In this document: positions 10,333 through 18,560 of the stretch, piece after piece | Position numbering within the stretch: the first letter of the stretch is position 1 | Layout: each line of letters begins with the position of its first letter | NCBI GenBank assembly: GCA_963777155.1 | Contig: CAVZPM010000030.1 | Location: 1 to 24,510 of the forward strand | DNA length: 24,510 bases | Reading direction: 5' to 3' | Origin: Candidatus Bathyarchaeota archaeon | Lineage (GTDB): Archaea > Thermoproteota > Bathyarchaeia > Bathyarchaeales > Bathycorpusculaceae | The notes under the pieces: generated by a model | Told to the model about the DNA's origin: nothing | What the model saw: only the letters and a program-made list of their open reading frames with translations | Database searches by the model: none | Program-made: the position numbers and the translations under genes

Positions 10333-11385
10333 TTAAATTAGAAGTTGGTTTCGAATTTCTTCAGGTTTAATCGCTGAATCTACACCCAAACTTATAACCG
10401 CAAGGTTGTAAACTTCCACCTCTTTTTGTGTCAAAAAGGCAAGTGGTGAACCTATATTAAATGTCTCACTGATAGCACTTGATTTGGCATGTTGAAACAC
10501 TGCTTTCTTGAAGGCTTTTCCCGCGGTTGCTATCATTTCCTCTGGAGTTTGGGCTTTAGCAAAGTATTTTCCGTAGTAACTGTCAAGAACAATTTTAATT
10601 GCTGCCTCAAAATCTATTGCGGTTACTATAGCCTCCATTGTAGATTTATCAAGGTTGATGTAGTTTTGAGGAACCACCAACCTCAACCAGTTAGGTTCGT
10701 AATTTAATGCTTTCCCCCTCAACACCGTAATCAATCCATAGCCATCGTTTTCTATGCTTGAATAAAAGTCTGCGTAAGATTGCTCGTTTTTGCTGAGGCT
10801 CACATAGCCATCATAAAGCTTTTCGTAAAAGAACTTGTCTAAAAATACATCAAACGATGCTGTTGAAGCGTTTTCTTCATACTTTTTAAGCCCCATATTC
10901 AACAATGAAAAATACTCTGTGCCCTTCAAAGCATGAATTAGTTGGATTGGAGAAGAAGCTTTAGCGGCTTCCTCCATGAATCTGCGCCTTTTAAAGTAAT
11001 CTTCCACCGTAAAGTAAATTTTCATTAATTTCTGTTCAGGACTTAGTTTAGCACTGGTTGCTTTTATAAGCCCCTCTATTTGCTCAATTTCGAAGCGCAG
11101 AAGATAGAGGCTTAGATATTTTCTTGCGTTTTTTGGCGAATACTTTACTATTTTTAGGTAAGTTTCAATGAGGTTTTCGTTGAATGCTCTTTCAAGTTTA
11201 CGGCTTGTAATGGGGAGAGATAATTTGGAAATTTGTTCTTGGTAGCCAGTATCTCTAAGTTGGGCAGCTAATTCAGTGAGATTTGTATTTTCCGCTAGCG
11301 ATTTGAGTTTGGATTCGCAGATAAGTTTGCTTCTTTCTGCGCCGATCTTAGGTAGAACAGAGGCATAACGTGTTGTCTTAGTCAA
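10333..11385 (-). CDS. atpC: A1Ao ATP synthase subunit C (V0 d/AC39 family)
   Basis: RYASVLPKIGAERSKL, L..TGY, FDVFLDKFFY, FLTQKEVEVYNL; 350 aa. Confidence 0.9.
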   Translation of the reverse strand: MTKTTRYASVLPKIGAERSKLICESKLKSLAENTNLTELAAQLRDTGYQEQISKLSLPITSRKLERAFNENLIETYLKIVKYSPKNARKYLSLYLLRFEIEQIEGLIKATSAKLSPEQKLMKIYFTVEDYFKRRRFMEEAAKASSPIQLIHALKGTEYFSLLNMGLKKYEENASTASFDVFLDKFFYEKLYDGYVSLSKNEQSYADFYSSIENDGYGLITVLRGKALNYEPNWLRLVVPQNYINLDKSTMEAIVTAIDFEAAIKIVLDSYYGKYFAKAQTPEEMIATAGKAFKKAVFQHAKSSAISETFNIGSPLAFLTQKEVEVYNLAVISLGVDSAIKPEEIRNQLLI

Positions 11386-11387
11386 GA

Positions 11388-11702
11388 TTATGTGTCCTCA
11401 AGTACAGCATTTACAACCGATGAAACCGCCTTTTCCATATTTTTTTCTGCTTTAAACTTCAGGTTCCTAGCGACTTCCTCATTAGTTTTCAAGTGTTCTT
11501 GTCTTTCCAGAATAGCTTTCTCTATAGCTTTCTCTAAAAGATTCTTTGACTCGGCTTCAGCGTAGGTTTTACTGTTTTCAATAAGTTTTTCAGCATCCTG
11601 CTTTGCGAGAAGAACCATTTTTTTTGCTCTATCTTCAGCATCATTCTGGATTTGCTCCGCTTGGGCTTCGATTTTTTTTAATTCATCCCAAACTTTTTCC
11701 AT
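11388..11702 (-). CDS. atpH: A1Ao ATP synthase subunit H/G (peripheral stalk)
   Basis: 104-aa E/K/A-rich helix (LKKIEAQAEQI...A...A), immediately upstream of atpC. Confidence 0.8.
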   Translation of the reverse strand: MEKVWDELKKIEAQAEQIQNDAEDRAKKMVLLAKQDAEKLIENSKTYAEAESKNLLEKAIEKAILERQEHLKTNEEVARNLKFKAEKNMEKAVSSVVNAVLEDT

Positions 11703-11732
11703 TATTCCACAGGCGTTATAGGTTTAAATGTC

Positions 11733-11765
11733 TCTAAAGTTTCTTGCGGTTTCTAAAGTTTCTTG
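11733..11765. repeat. 14-bp perfect direct repeat upstream of the atpH TATA box
   Basis: TCTAAAGTTTCTTG at 11733-11746 and 11752-11765; TTTAAA at 11723-11728. Confidence 0.75.
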
Positions 11766-11889
11766 TTTAACATTGCAGGTTTGTCAAATAGGCAAAGGTG
11801 TGTCTAGTTGAGCATCATTTATGCGGGTGAATTGGGAAAAGGCATTTAAAAAGGGTCATAGAAGTTATTTAGAAGTTGGCAACTGAATA

Positions 11890-12852
11890 ATGGTTAAGAA
11901 AGAAGACAAGACTAAGAAGCTCCATCTTGAGAAAATAAAGCTGGAATTGAGCTTTGACTACCGTTCTTCACGGTTTTTCTCTCTTCTCTTTCTATCGATC
12001 TACGCTTTGGCTATAGCAATTTTCTGCGTGGAATACAACGTTATTCCAGGACCAGAATTCCTTGTTTTAGGCATCCTGTTTTACACTTCTTACAACCAAC
12101 GAACATGGCGTGCCCTAAAGGATTGGCTCCCATTTGTTACAGTATTCATTTCATATGAAATTATGTACAGCTTTGTTGGAACAATCTCCCTCTACAACCT
12201 CCATTCTGGACCACGCAATTTTGACGTACAATTATTCGGTCAGCTTCCGAGCTTGGTTCTTCAACAGAGTTTTAGGTTTCCAGCCTTAGACTACGCAGGT
12301 GCGGTCTTCTATGGAATTTATTTCTTTGTGCCAACCGTATTCGCGTATATCGTTTGGAGAAAAAGCCCAAAAAACTACTGGAAATACATAGTTGCTTTCG
12401 GCGTATTAACCTACGCAGCTTTGATAACTTTCCTTTTCTACCCTGTGGCGCCTCCATGGTATGAGTTTAACTCAGCTTTCACTTCCTCATACACTGGTCC
12501 TGTAGTCCAAAGAGTCTTAGTTAGCTCGGTTGACGTTAACCTTGGAATCCCAGTCTACAAAACATTGTTTGACTTCTTAGGCGGAAACTTGTTCGCGGCT
12601 TTTCCAAGCATGCATTCAGCAATGCCCTGGCTAGTTTTCATATATGCCTTCAAAATCTGGAGATGGAAATCCCTGCCAGTAGCAATAATCCCTGTTGGAA
12701 CCTGGTTTAGCGCAGTCTATCTTGGCGAGCATTATTTCGTCGATGTCTTAGGAGGTATAGCTTACGCGACTGTGGCGTTTATTGCGGTGGAGACGCTCTT
12801 GCCAATTCTTGCAAAAAGAAGTAGTTTCTTAAAGAAACATATGCCAAGCTAA
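11890..12852 (+). CDS. PAP2-superfamily membrane phosphotransferase, Aur1/inositol-phosphorylceramide synthase-like
   Basis: Multi-TM; YPVAPPW, AAFPSMH, SAVYLGEHYFVDVLGG catalytic His/His/Asp motifs. Confidence 0.87.
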   Translation: MVKKEDKTKKLHLEKIKLELSFDYRSSRFFSLLFLSIYALAIAIFCVEYNVIPGPEFLVLGILFYTSYNQRTWRALKDWLPFVTVFISYEIMYSFVGTISLYNLHSGPRNFDVQLFGQLPSLVLQQSFRFPALDYAGAVFYGIYFFVPTVFAYIVWRKSPKNYWKYIVAFGVLTYAALITFLFYPVAPPWYEFNSAFTSSYTGPVVQRVLVSSVDVNLGIPVYKTLFDFLGGNLFAAFPSMHSAMPWLVFIYAFKIWRWKSLPVAIIPVGTWFSAVYLGEHYFVDVLGGIAYATVAFIAVETLLPILAKRSSFLKKHMPS

Positions 12853-13026
12853 CTCATTTAGGATACCTCCAGTTTTCCTGTTCTAAGAATAAAATTTGCT
12901 TTTGGATTAAACTGATGCATACCTAGACTCTGGCAAAAAAAGTACAGGCGGCATCAAACGAGCAGAGAACTTGGGGCAAATTTAAATTCTACCCCTGCCT
13001 AAGGCACATAACAAACGGTAGTACTC

Positions 13027-14196
13027 ATGAGACGGATTCCCACGCAGCTCATCGGTCCAGTATGCAAAAACCCCCAACTCCTAAAGAGCTTTGCACGAGG
13101 CGGCTACAGGCAGTTTGTAAAATCCAAAATGGATTATCGAAAAGAAAACGGCGGCAGTTCGTCACTTTGGCTTTTAAGCCTAAGAATTACTCACCGCTGC
13201 AATCATAGATGCGCAATCTGTGCCCAGTGGGGCAAAACCGGGTACAACTCAATAGAAGATACCCCAAAAGTCGCAGGCGAAGTTCCAATTGAAACTTACA
13301 AAAAAGTAATCGATGAAGTCGCCCCAAAAAAAGTCCACGTTTACATAACAGGCGGAGAACCCTTCCTCTACGAACCACTGGTTCCTCTTGTTAACTACAT
13401 GAAAGAAAAAGGTCTAACAGTTCAAATTGTTACCAACGGGGTTGGACTTGAAAAAAATGCCCAAACCATAGTAGATAACGGATGGGACATGATTTGTGTC
13501 TCATTCGATGGTCCAAAAGAAATTCATGACAAATGCAGAGGAACCCCAGGAGCACTTGAAACGGCTACCAAAGGAATCATGGCAATCCAGAAACTAAAGA
13601 AGGAGAAAAAAACAAAGAAACCAGGAATCTTTGTCCTAACCACAATCTCAAAAAACAATGAATCAACTCTGTTTGAGACAGCAAAAGAAGCCGAGAAACT
13701 AAACCCAGACGGAATGATCATTTATTATTCTTGGTTCACAAAAGAATCAATCGGGCAAAAACACACAAAAATTGCTAAGGACAAACTAGGTATAGCACCT
13801 TTTGCGTGGAAAGGCTATGTCCGCGATACGTCAATATTGGATATTGAGAAAATCGCCAAGCAAGTTCAAAGAATAAAGTCTGGAAAATTCAAAAACCCCA
13901 TCTTATTTGTGCCTGACCTTAAACCAGAACAAATCAGAACTTACTATACTGAGCCGGAAAACTTTTTTGGGTACAAGAAATGTATTTCACCCTGGTTTCA
14001 ACTGGATATTATGCCAAACGGAGACACTGTCACATGTAGAGACTTCCCGGACTTTGTCACGGGAAACATCAAAGAATCAAGCATCGAAGAAATCTATAAC
14101 GGCGAAAAACACCGAAAGTTCAGACAAGCCCTTAAAAGCTGTGACAACGGAGTCTTCCCGATCTGCTCTCGATGTTGTGGCCTAATGGGATACTAA
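13027..14196 (+). CDS. Radical SAM enzyme with C-terminal SPASM/twitch domain
   Basis: CNHRCAIC, ITGGEPF, VTNG, VSFDG; C-terminal CISPW...PNGDTVTC...GNI...CSRCC. Confidence 0.93.
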   Translation: MRRIPTQLIGPVCKNPQLLKSFARGGYRQFVKSKMDYRKENGGSSSLWLLSLRITHRCNHRCAICAQWGKTGYNSIEDTPKVAGEVPIETYKKVIDEVAPKKVHVYITGGEPFLYEPLVPLVNYMKEKGLTVQIVTNGVGLEKNAQTIVDNGWDMICVSFDGPKEIHDKCRGTPGALETATKGIMAIQKLKKEKKTKKPGIFVLTTISKNNESTLFETAKEAEKLNPDGMIIYYSWFTKESIGQKHTKIAKDKLGIAPFAWKGYVRDTSILDIEKIAKQVQRIKSGKFKNPILFVPDLKPEQIRTYYTEPENFFGYKKCISPWFQLDIMPNGDTVTCRDFPDFVTGNIKESSIEEIYNGEKHRKFRQALKSCDNGVFPICSRCCGLMGY

Positions 14197-14228
14197 ACAT
14201 GGTCGCACGCTAAAGGAGTAAAACACCG

Positions 14229-15038
14229 TTGACCAAACAAACAAGTAACCAGCAATACAAACAACAGACAAGCTCCAATTCGACGATAAAGACACCTATT
14301 GACGTTGCCGTTTTAACATTTAACAGCGAAAGAAAACTGAGGGAATGTATCGATTCAGTTTACAGAAATATACCTGTTAACAACCTGATTGTTGTTGACG
14401 GTTTCTCCACTGATAATACCACAGCAATTATTCAAGAATACAAAGAAAAATATGGTAAAGTTATCTTTGTTCAGGAGAAGGGAACGAGGGGCAGCGCAAG
14501 GCAAACTGCGATTGGATTGGTGAAAACTGACTGGTTTGTGTTTGTGGATAGCGATGTGATTTTGTCAAACAACTGGTTTGCTCATGCTGAAAAACAAGTT
14601 AGCGATAAAGTTGGTGGTGTGTGGGGTATTGAAATATGGTCAGTTCTAAAAGATACCAAAATTATAGGTTTATTTGAGAGAGTTACTCTGAAGATTTTTG
14701 AGAAAAGAGGCGGAACCCACGACCTTCTGGTCCGTACAAAAACAGTGGAAGACATCAAGATCCCCTTTGAGCTACATACCTACGAAGATGGATTCATCAA
14801 AGATTGGATTGAACAGAAAGGTTACAAAGTCTTAGGTGTCTACGAGCCTTGTTGCATCCACTACCGGCCAGAAAACGTGTGGACACTCCAAAAACATATT
14901 GAGTTTGTCGTTAGTGATCTAAAATACGCCGTTCATCGCCCCATGCTGTTACTCTCGTACGGCTTCTACTCAGTTATCGTGGGCTTCCAAATTTTCGCAG
15001 GCAAAAACGACAAACCAAACAAGAAATCAACAAAATAG
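14229..15038 (+). CDS. Glycosyltransferase family 2
   Basis: VLTFNSE, VVDGFSTDNT, ARQTAI, FVDSD (DxD), YED; hydrophobic C-terminus. Confidence 0.92.
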   Translation: MTKQTSNQQYKQQTSSNSTIKTPIDVAVLTFNSERKLRECIDSVYRNIPVNNLIVVDGFSTDNTTAIIQEYKEKYGKVIFVQEKGTRGSARQTAIGLVKTDWFVFVDSDVILSNNWFAHAEKQVSDKVGGVWGIEIWSVLKDTKIIGLFERVTLKIFEKRGGTHDLLVRTKTVEDIKIPFELHTYEDGFIKDWIEQKGYKVLGVYEPCCIHYRPENVWTLQKHIEFVVSDLKYAVHRPMLLLSYGFYSVIVGFQIFAGKNDKPNKKSTK

Positions 15039-15151
15039 AAGAAAACTAAGCAGGTTAGCTGTGGACATATCACTGATGTTGTTGCAAACAAGTAATGTTT
15101 CGGAAATTTCAAGTTCTTTGATATTTTTCAAATTTCACATATAGACCCATT

Positions 15152-15397
15152 TTAACATTCTATTTGTTGAAAACCTGTAAGTTTCAATTTGCTTCCACAT
15201 CTACCACAAGTGATGACAAGTTCAGCAATTTCTCCATTGTAGATCTTGGTATCTATGATTTCATAGTTTTCGCTTGTTTCGTCTTCAGGAGAGATCTTTA
15301 ATCCACACTTTGTGCAATTGAATGATCCATCTTCTTCTATAGAAGAAGAATTAACAAGGTATTCAGATACTGCATTTTTTTGATTTTTCATCTTCAT
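15152..15397 (-). CDS. Small Zn-ribbon protein (2x CxxC)
   Basis: CTKCG...CGRCG; start uncertain (ATG 15397 preferred, ORF open to 15424). Confidence 0.75.
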   Translation of the reverse strand: MKMKNQKNAVSEYLVNSSSIEEDGSFNCTKCGLKISPEDETSENYEIIDTKIYNGEIAELVITCGRCGSKLKLTGFQQIEC

Positions 15398-15708
15398 GAC
15401 TGACCTTTTTCCTTGAATCTTCAATAATTATTTCTATTAATTAATAATTATGAATTGAGAATTAGTTAACAAAATATAGCTGTTATGTATTTTTTCAAGT
15501 GTTTGTTGAGAGAACACATAAGCTGGATATTGTTTTTTGTTGTCTTGTTGTACAGTTCCTTTGAGGTGTTGAAATATGGTTTTCTAAGTAATATTTCACG
15601 TATTGATATGTTCTTGTGTCCGACAGTTAGGCGGCATGGGGTAGTTTGGTATGCTTGCGGTATGTGCGAGGGTTTATCTGGCACTTTACGCATTATGAAG
15701 ACGTAAGA

Positions 15709-15731
15709 AATGTATCTTAAATAGACACATT
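15709..15731. promoter_or_regulatory. Inverted repeat overlapping the TATA box of padR-like gene (putative operator)
   Basis: AATGTATCT-TAAAT-AGACACATT (8 of 9 pairs) centred on CTTAAATA. Confidence 0.55.
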
Positions 15732-15769
15732 GCTTACACGTACAACAAATCAACAGGAGAAACATTAAC

Positions 15770-16135
15770 ATGATGAAAAACTATCAAAAAGAAACACAAA
15801 CAAAACTAACCAAAGGCTTACTAGACATGATAATCCTCGAATACCTACAGCATGAACCCATGCATGGATACCAACTAATCACAAAAATCCGCAAAACTTA
15901 CGGTGTGTACTTTGGGCCAAGCACAGTCTATCCTCTACTAGGAACACTAGAGAAAAAAGGCTATTTAACAAGCTCCTGGAACATGGATGCTGACAGGCCG
16001 CGAAAAGTATACCACATAAGCAATGATGGCAAGAGTGTCCTTAACTTCACCGAGAACCAACTAAACGCCATATGCAAAACCATGGTAACAAACAACAAAA
16101 ACCAAATACAAATAGCCCCCACAATTTTTGCCTAA
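15770..16135 (+). CDS. PadR-family transcriptional regulator
   Basis: KGLLDMIIL...PMHGYQLI...GPSTVYPLL..LEKKGY...RPRKVYHI...G. Confidence 0.93.
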   Translation: MMKNYQKETQTKLTKGLLDMIILEYLQHEPMHGYQLITKIRKTYGVYFGPSTVYPLLGTLEKKGYLTSSWNMDADRPRKVYHISNDGKSVLNFTENQLNAICKTMVTNNKNQIQIAPTIFA

Positions 16136-16436
16136 ATGGTACCCTATATTCCCAAGATCCTTTTTTATTGGGTAACTTTCTAATTTGATCGGTTATATTA
16201 GGTGAGCTATCCACACGGTGTATAAGGTCAAAGTGATGACAAAAAGAATCCCCCAGAGAGCTTTGTTATATTTGTAAATATCTTTACCACCCATGGGTTC
16301 TATTGGAAAAGTATCAAAAAAGGATTAAAAATAGACATCTCCAACTTCTAATTCAAGAGAAGAACTTAGATGCCAGTATCTTATGCATTGCATTTTACAA
16401 AAAAAGTGGAGACTGAAAAAGGGCTGCCAAAGAAAA

Positions 16437-16646
16437 TTATTTTTCTCTTTGAACAACGAAAGCGATTTTGACAACTGCTCTATATTCAACGATCTTGTTG
16501 TTTTCAACTTTTGCTTTGCAGCTTTTTAGGTAAATAGATTTGATGTTTTTGATTGTCAATGCTGCTTCTGCCAACGCGTTCTTGGTCGCTTCTTCCCAGT
16601 TTTTTGGCGAGTTGCCAATCAGCTCGATGACTTTTACAACTGTCAT
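16437..16646 (-). CDS. Dodecin-family protein
   Basis: VVKVIELIGNSPKNWEEA..NA...A...I.EYRAVVKIAF; 69 aa. Confidence 0.9.
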   Translation of the reverse strand: MTVVKVIELIGNSPKNWEEATKNALAEAALTIKNIKSIYLKSCKAKVENNKIVEYRAVVKIAFVVQREK

Positions 16647-16750
16647 TTCTTTGCCTCTCTAAGATACTATATGTGTAACTCTCTATTATTTTTTGCATTG
16701 ATTGCAAAAAGTTTTAAAGAAGTCCTATTCAATATATTAGTGGTGATTTT

Positions 16751-16942
16751 GTGTCAGAGTCAGTTTTTGAGTGGTATAAAGATAAAGCAGGAAAATATCG
16801 TTTTAGATTGAAAGCAGCTAACGGAGAAATAATTGCGGTCAGTGAAGGCTATGCATCAAAAGAGGGTTGTGTAGGCGGTATTGAATCTGTTAAGAAGAAC
16901 GCTGCAATGGCCAAAATAGTGGAAGCAAAAGAGGAAAAGTAA
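16751..16942 (+). CDS. DUF1508/YegP-family protein (single domain)
   Basis: FEWYKDKAGKYRFRLKAANGEIIAVSEGYASKEGC..GIESVKKNA; GGTGA RBS, GTG start. Confidence 0.92.
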   Translation: MSESVFEWYKDKAGKYRFRLKAANGEIIAVSEGYASKEGCVGGIESVKKNAAMAKIVEAKEEK

Positions 16943-17080
16943 GAATCAAAATTTTCCTTACAAAAGACATATGATCTTTGAGGAAAAAACAATTTCGCAA
17001 TCTCTTTTTTTTAACTGACCTTAACTTGTGGGTTAAGCTTAAAAAGAAATCATTCAAATAATAAAAGAGGGAGAATCTAA

Positions 17081-17431
17081 ATGGATTTAGTTGCATTACT
17101 AATACAAATTGTTGTAGGCATAATAGTTGTCGCACCGATACTTTGGCTTGTTGGAAGAGCATTAGTAGGCGGAGCAAAAGCAAAATTCACAGACGCCATC
17201 ATGATAGTTGTTCTAGGAACAATTATAGGCGCTATCGTAGGAGCTTTAGTAGGCAGTTTGATCTCGGCAATAATAATGTTTGTCGTCTGGCTTGCATTGA
17301 TTAAACACTTCTTCGATTGTGGATGGCTAAAAGCATTCGTAATAGCAGTAATCGCTGTCATTGTCTTCATAATCATAGTTGCAATACTTGCAATCATCGG
17401 CATAGGAATAGGGCTATCACTGGGCTTCTAA
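17081..17431 (+). CDS. Small hydrophobic multi-pass membrane protein, unknown function
   Basis: 116 aa, almost entirely hydrophobic; purine-rich RBS; T-tract downstream. Confidence 0.8.
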   Translation: MDLVALLIQIVVGIIVVAPILWLVGRALVGGAKAKFTDAIMIVVLGTIIGAIVGALVGSLISAIIMFVVWLALIKHFFDCGWLKAFVIAVIAVIVFIIIVAILAIIGIGIGLSLGF

Positions 17432-17487
17432 CAATATTCCTCAACTTTTTTTCTTTCATGAATTTTTCTGTTTTTTGAGGAAGTTCA

Positions 17488-18489
17488 ATGTATCTAGACG
17501 ATAAGAAAGATCTCCAAAGAATAATCGATGAACTACCTAAGGCGTTAAGATCACTTCTTGAAGCTGAGTTACTAACTGGAAATGAAATAGTTGAAGTAGG
17601 CCATAGTTTCCCTGCGCCACCAATTGGCGGGTACATAAAACTTGCGAAACCAATATCAACAAATTTAGACATGACCAAAGCTGAACTAATATTTAGTGAG
17701 CGTGATAACTCACTTTACTCTGGAGAGTACACGGATAGCAATAGACGCTTCTTCATACTTACCCCACCTAAACCATCGATGAAAATAAGGATAGGAACTA
17801 AACGTCTCAGACACAAAAAAATCGGTTTTGAGAAAGTAATTCGAAAAACTGATTCAATTAAATCAAACTTGGTTTCACCGCTTCAACGATTCGAAGAGAG
17901 TATGGATATCGATTATGAAAAGTGGCATGACGGTATAGGATACGATATAGATGCAATAAGGTTAGCTTCTCCAACAGAACGCAAAGCAATTGAGAAAATG
18001 TTAATCCAACATAACCCGCGGGACTGGCGAGACATTGAAGCCCTTGCCCAAATAGACACAAAAAACGCCCGAGACACCATGAAAAACGCAATCAAAGACA
18101 CAAACCCAGCTGTCCGAATCGCAGTTACAAGATTCGCTCCAAATCTGGTCACAAACAGTGAACGAACGCAATCTATCGTAAATGCTCTGCAAAATGCTGG
18201 AATATACAGCGGTCTCTCACAAACACTTGACGATTTAGAAGAATATCATCCACCCGAGGTCAAGAAAGCATTATTAAATGGATTATTAAGCCGAGAAGGT
18301 GATGTTGCCGTCCTCTTTGCTGCAATGCTTTTCTATCTGTATGGAAAGGCAAAAGAGCCCTTTGATATGAAACAACGTCCCTTCTTTCTGCGCTTTAACA
18401 CCAAAAACAAAGACGAACGGGTGAAAGCGTTCATAGAATTATGTAACCAGCTAAACATCAATTCTAAAGAATATTTGACCCCAAAATAA
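17488..18489 (+). CDS. Hypothetical two-domain protein with HEAT-like C-terminal helices
   Basis: 333-aa ORF with GAGG RBS; D.NPAVRIA and PEVKKALL HEAT-like segments; basic linker around aa 95-125. Confidence 0.75.
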   Translation: MYLDDKKDLQRIIDELPKALRSLLEAELLTGNEIVEVGHSFPAPPIGGYIKLAKPISTNLDMTKAELIFSERDNSLYSGEYTDSNRRFFILTPPKPSMKIRIGTKRLRHKKIGFEKVIRKTDSIKSNLVSPLQRFEESMDIDYEKWHDGIGYDIDAIRLASPTERKAIEKMLIQHNPRDWRDIEALAQIDTKNARDTMKNAIKDTNPAVRIAVTRFAPNLVTNSERTQSIVNALQNAGIYSGLSQTLDDLEEYHPPEVKKALLNGLLSREGDVAVLFAAMLFYLYGKAKEPFDMKQRPFFLRFNTKNKDERVKAFIELCNQLNINSKEYLTPK

Positions 18490-18560
18490 ACTTGGGACTA
18501 AGAATACTCGGGAGCATAAAGATTAAATTGCAGTATTAAAAATCCATGGCGATAAGAACC

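Noticed and set aside
8250-10333. Invertible phase-variation cassette around atpI
   Set aside because: No convincing inverted repeats at the two junctions and no recombinase in the window
11733-11765. Mini-CRISPR
   Set aside because: Only two 14-bp units with a 5-nt spacer; no cas genes
15466-15771. Overlapping 101-aa and 73-aa ORFs between the Zn-ribbon and PadR genes
   Set aside because: Atypical composition, no RBS or motif, and they lie in a divergent promoter region
16232-16300. C/D-box sRNA (GTGATGA box C)
   Set aside because: No CTGA box D at a suitable distance
17077-17403. 108-aa minus ORF rich in Thr/Ile/Ala
   Set aside because: Antisense mirror of the membrane-protein gene
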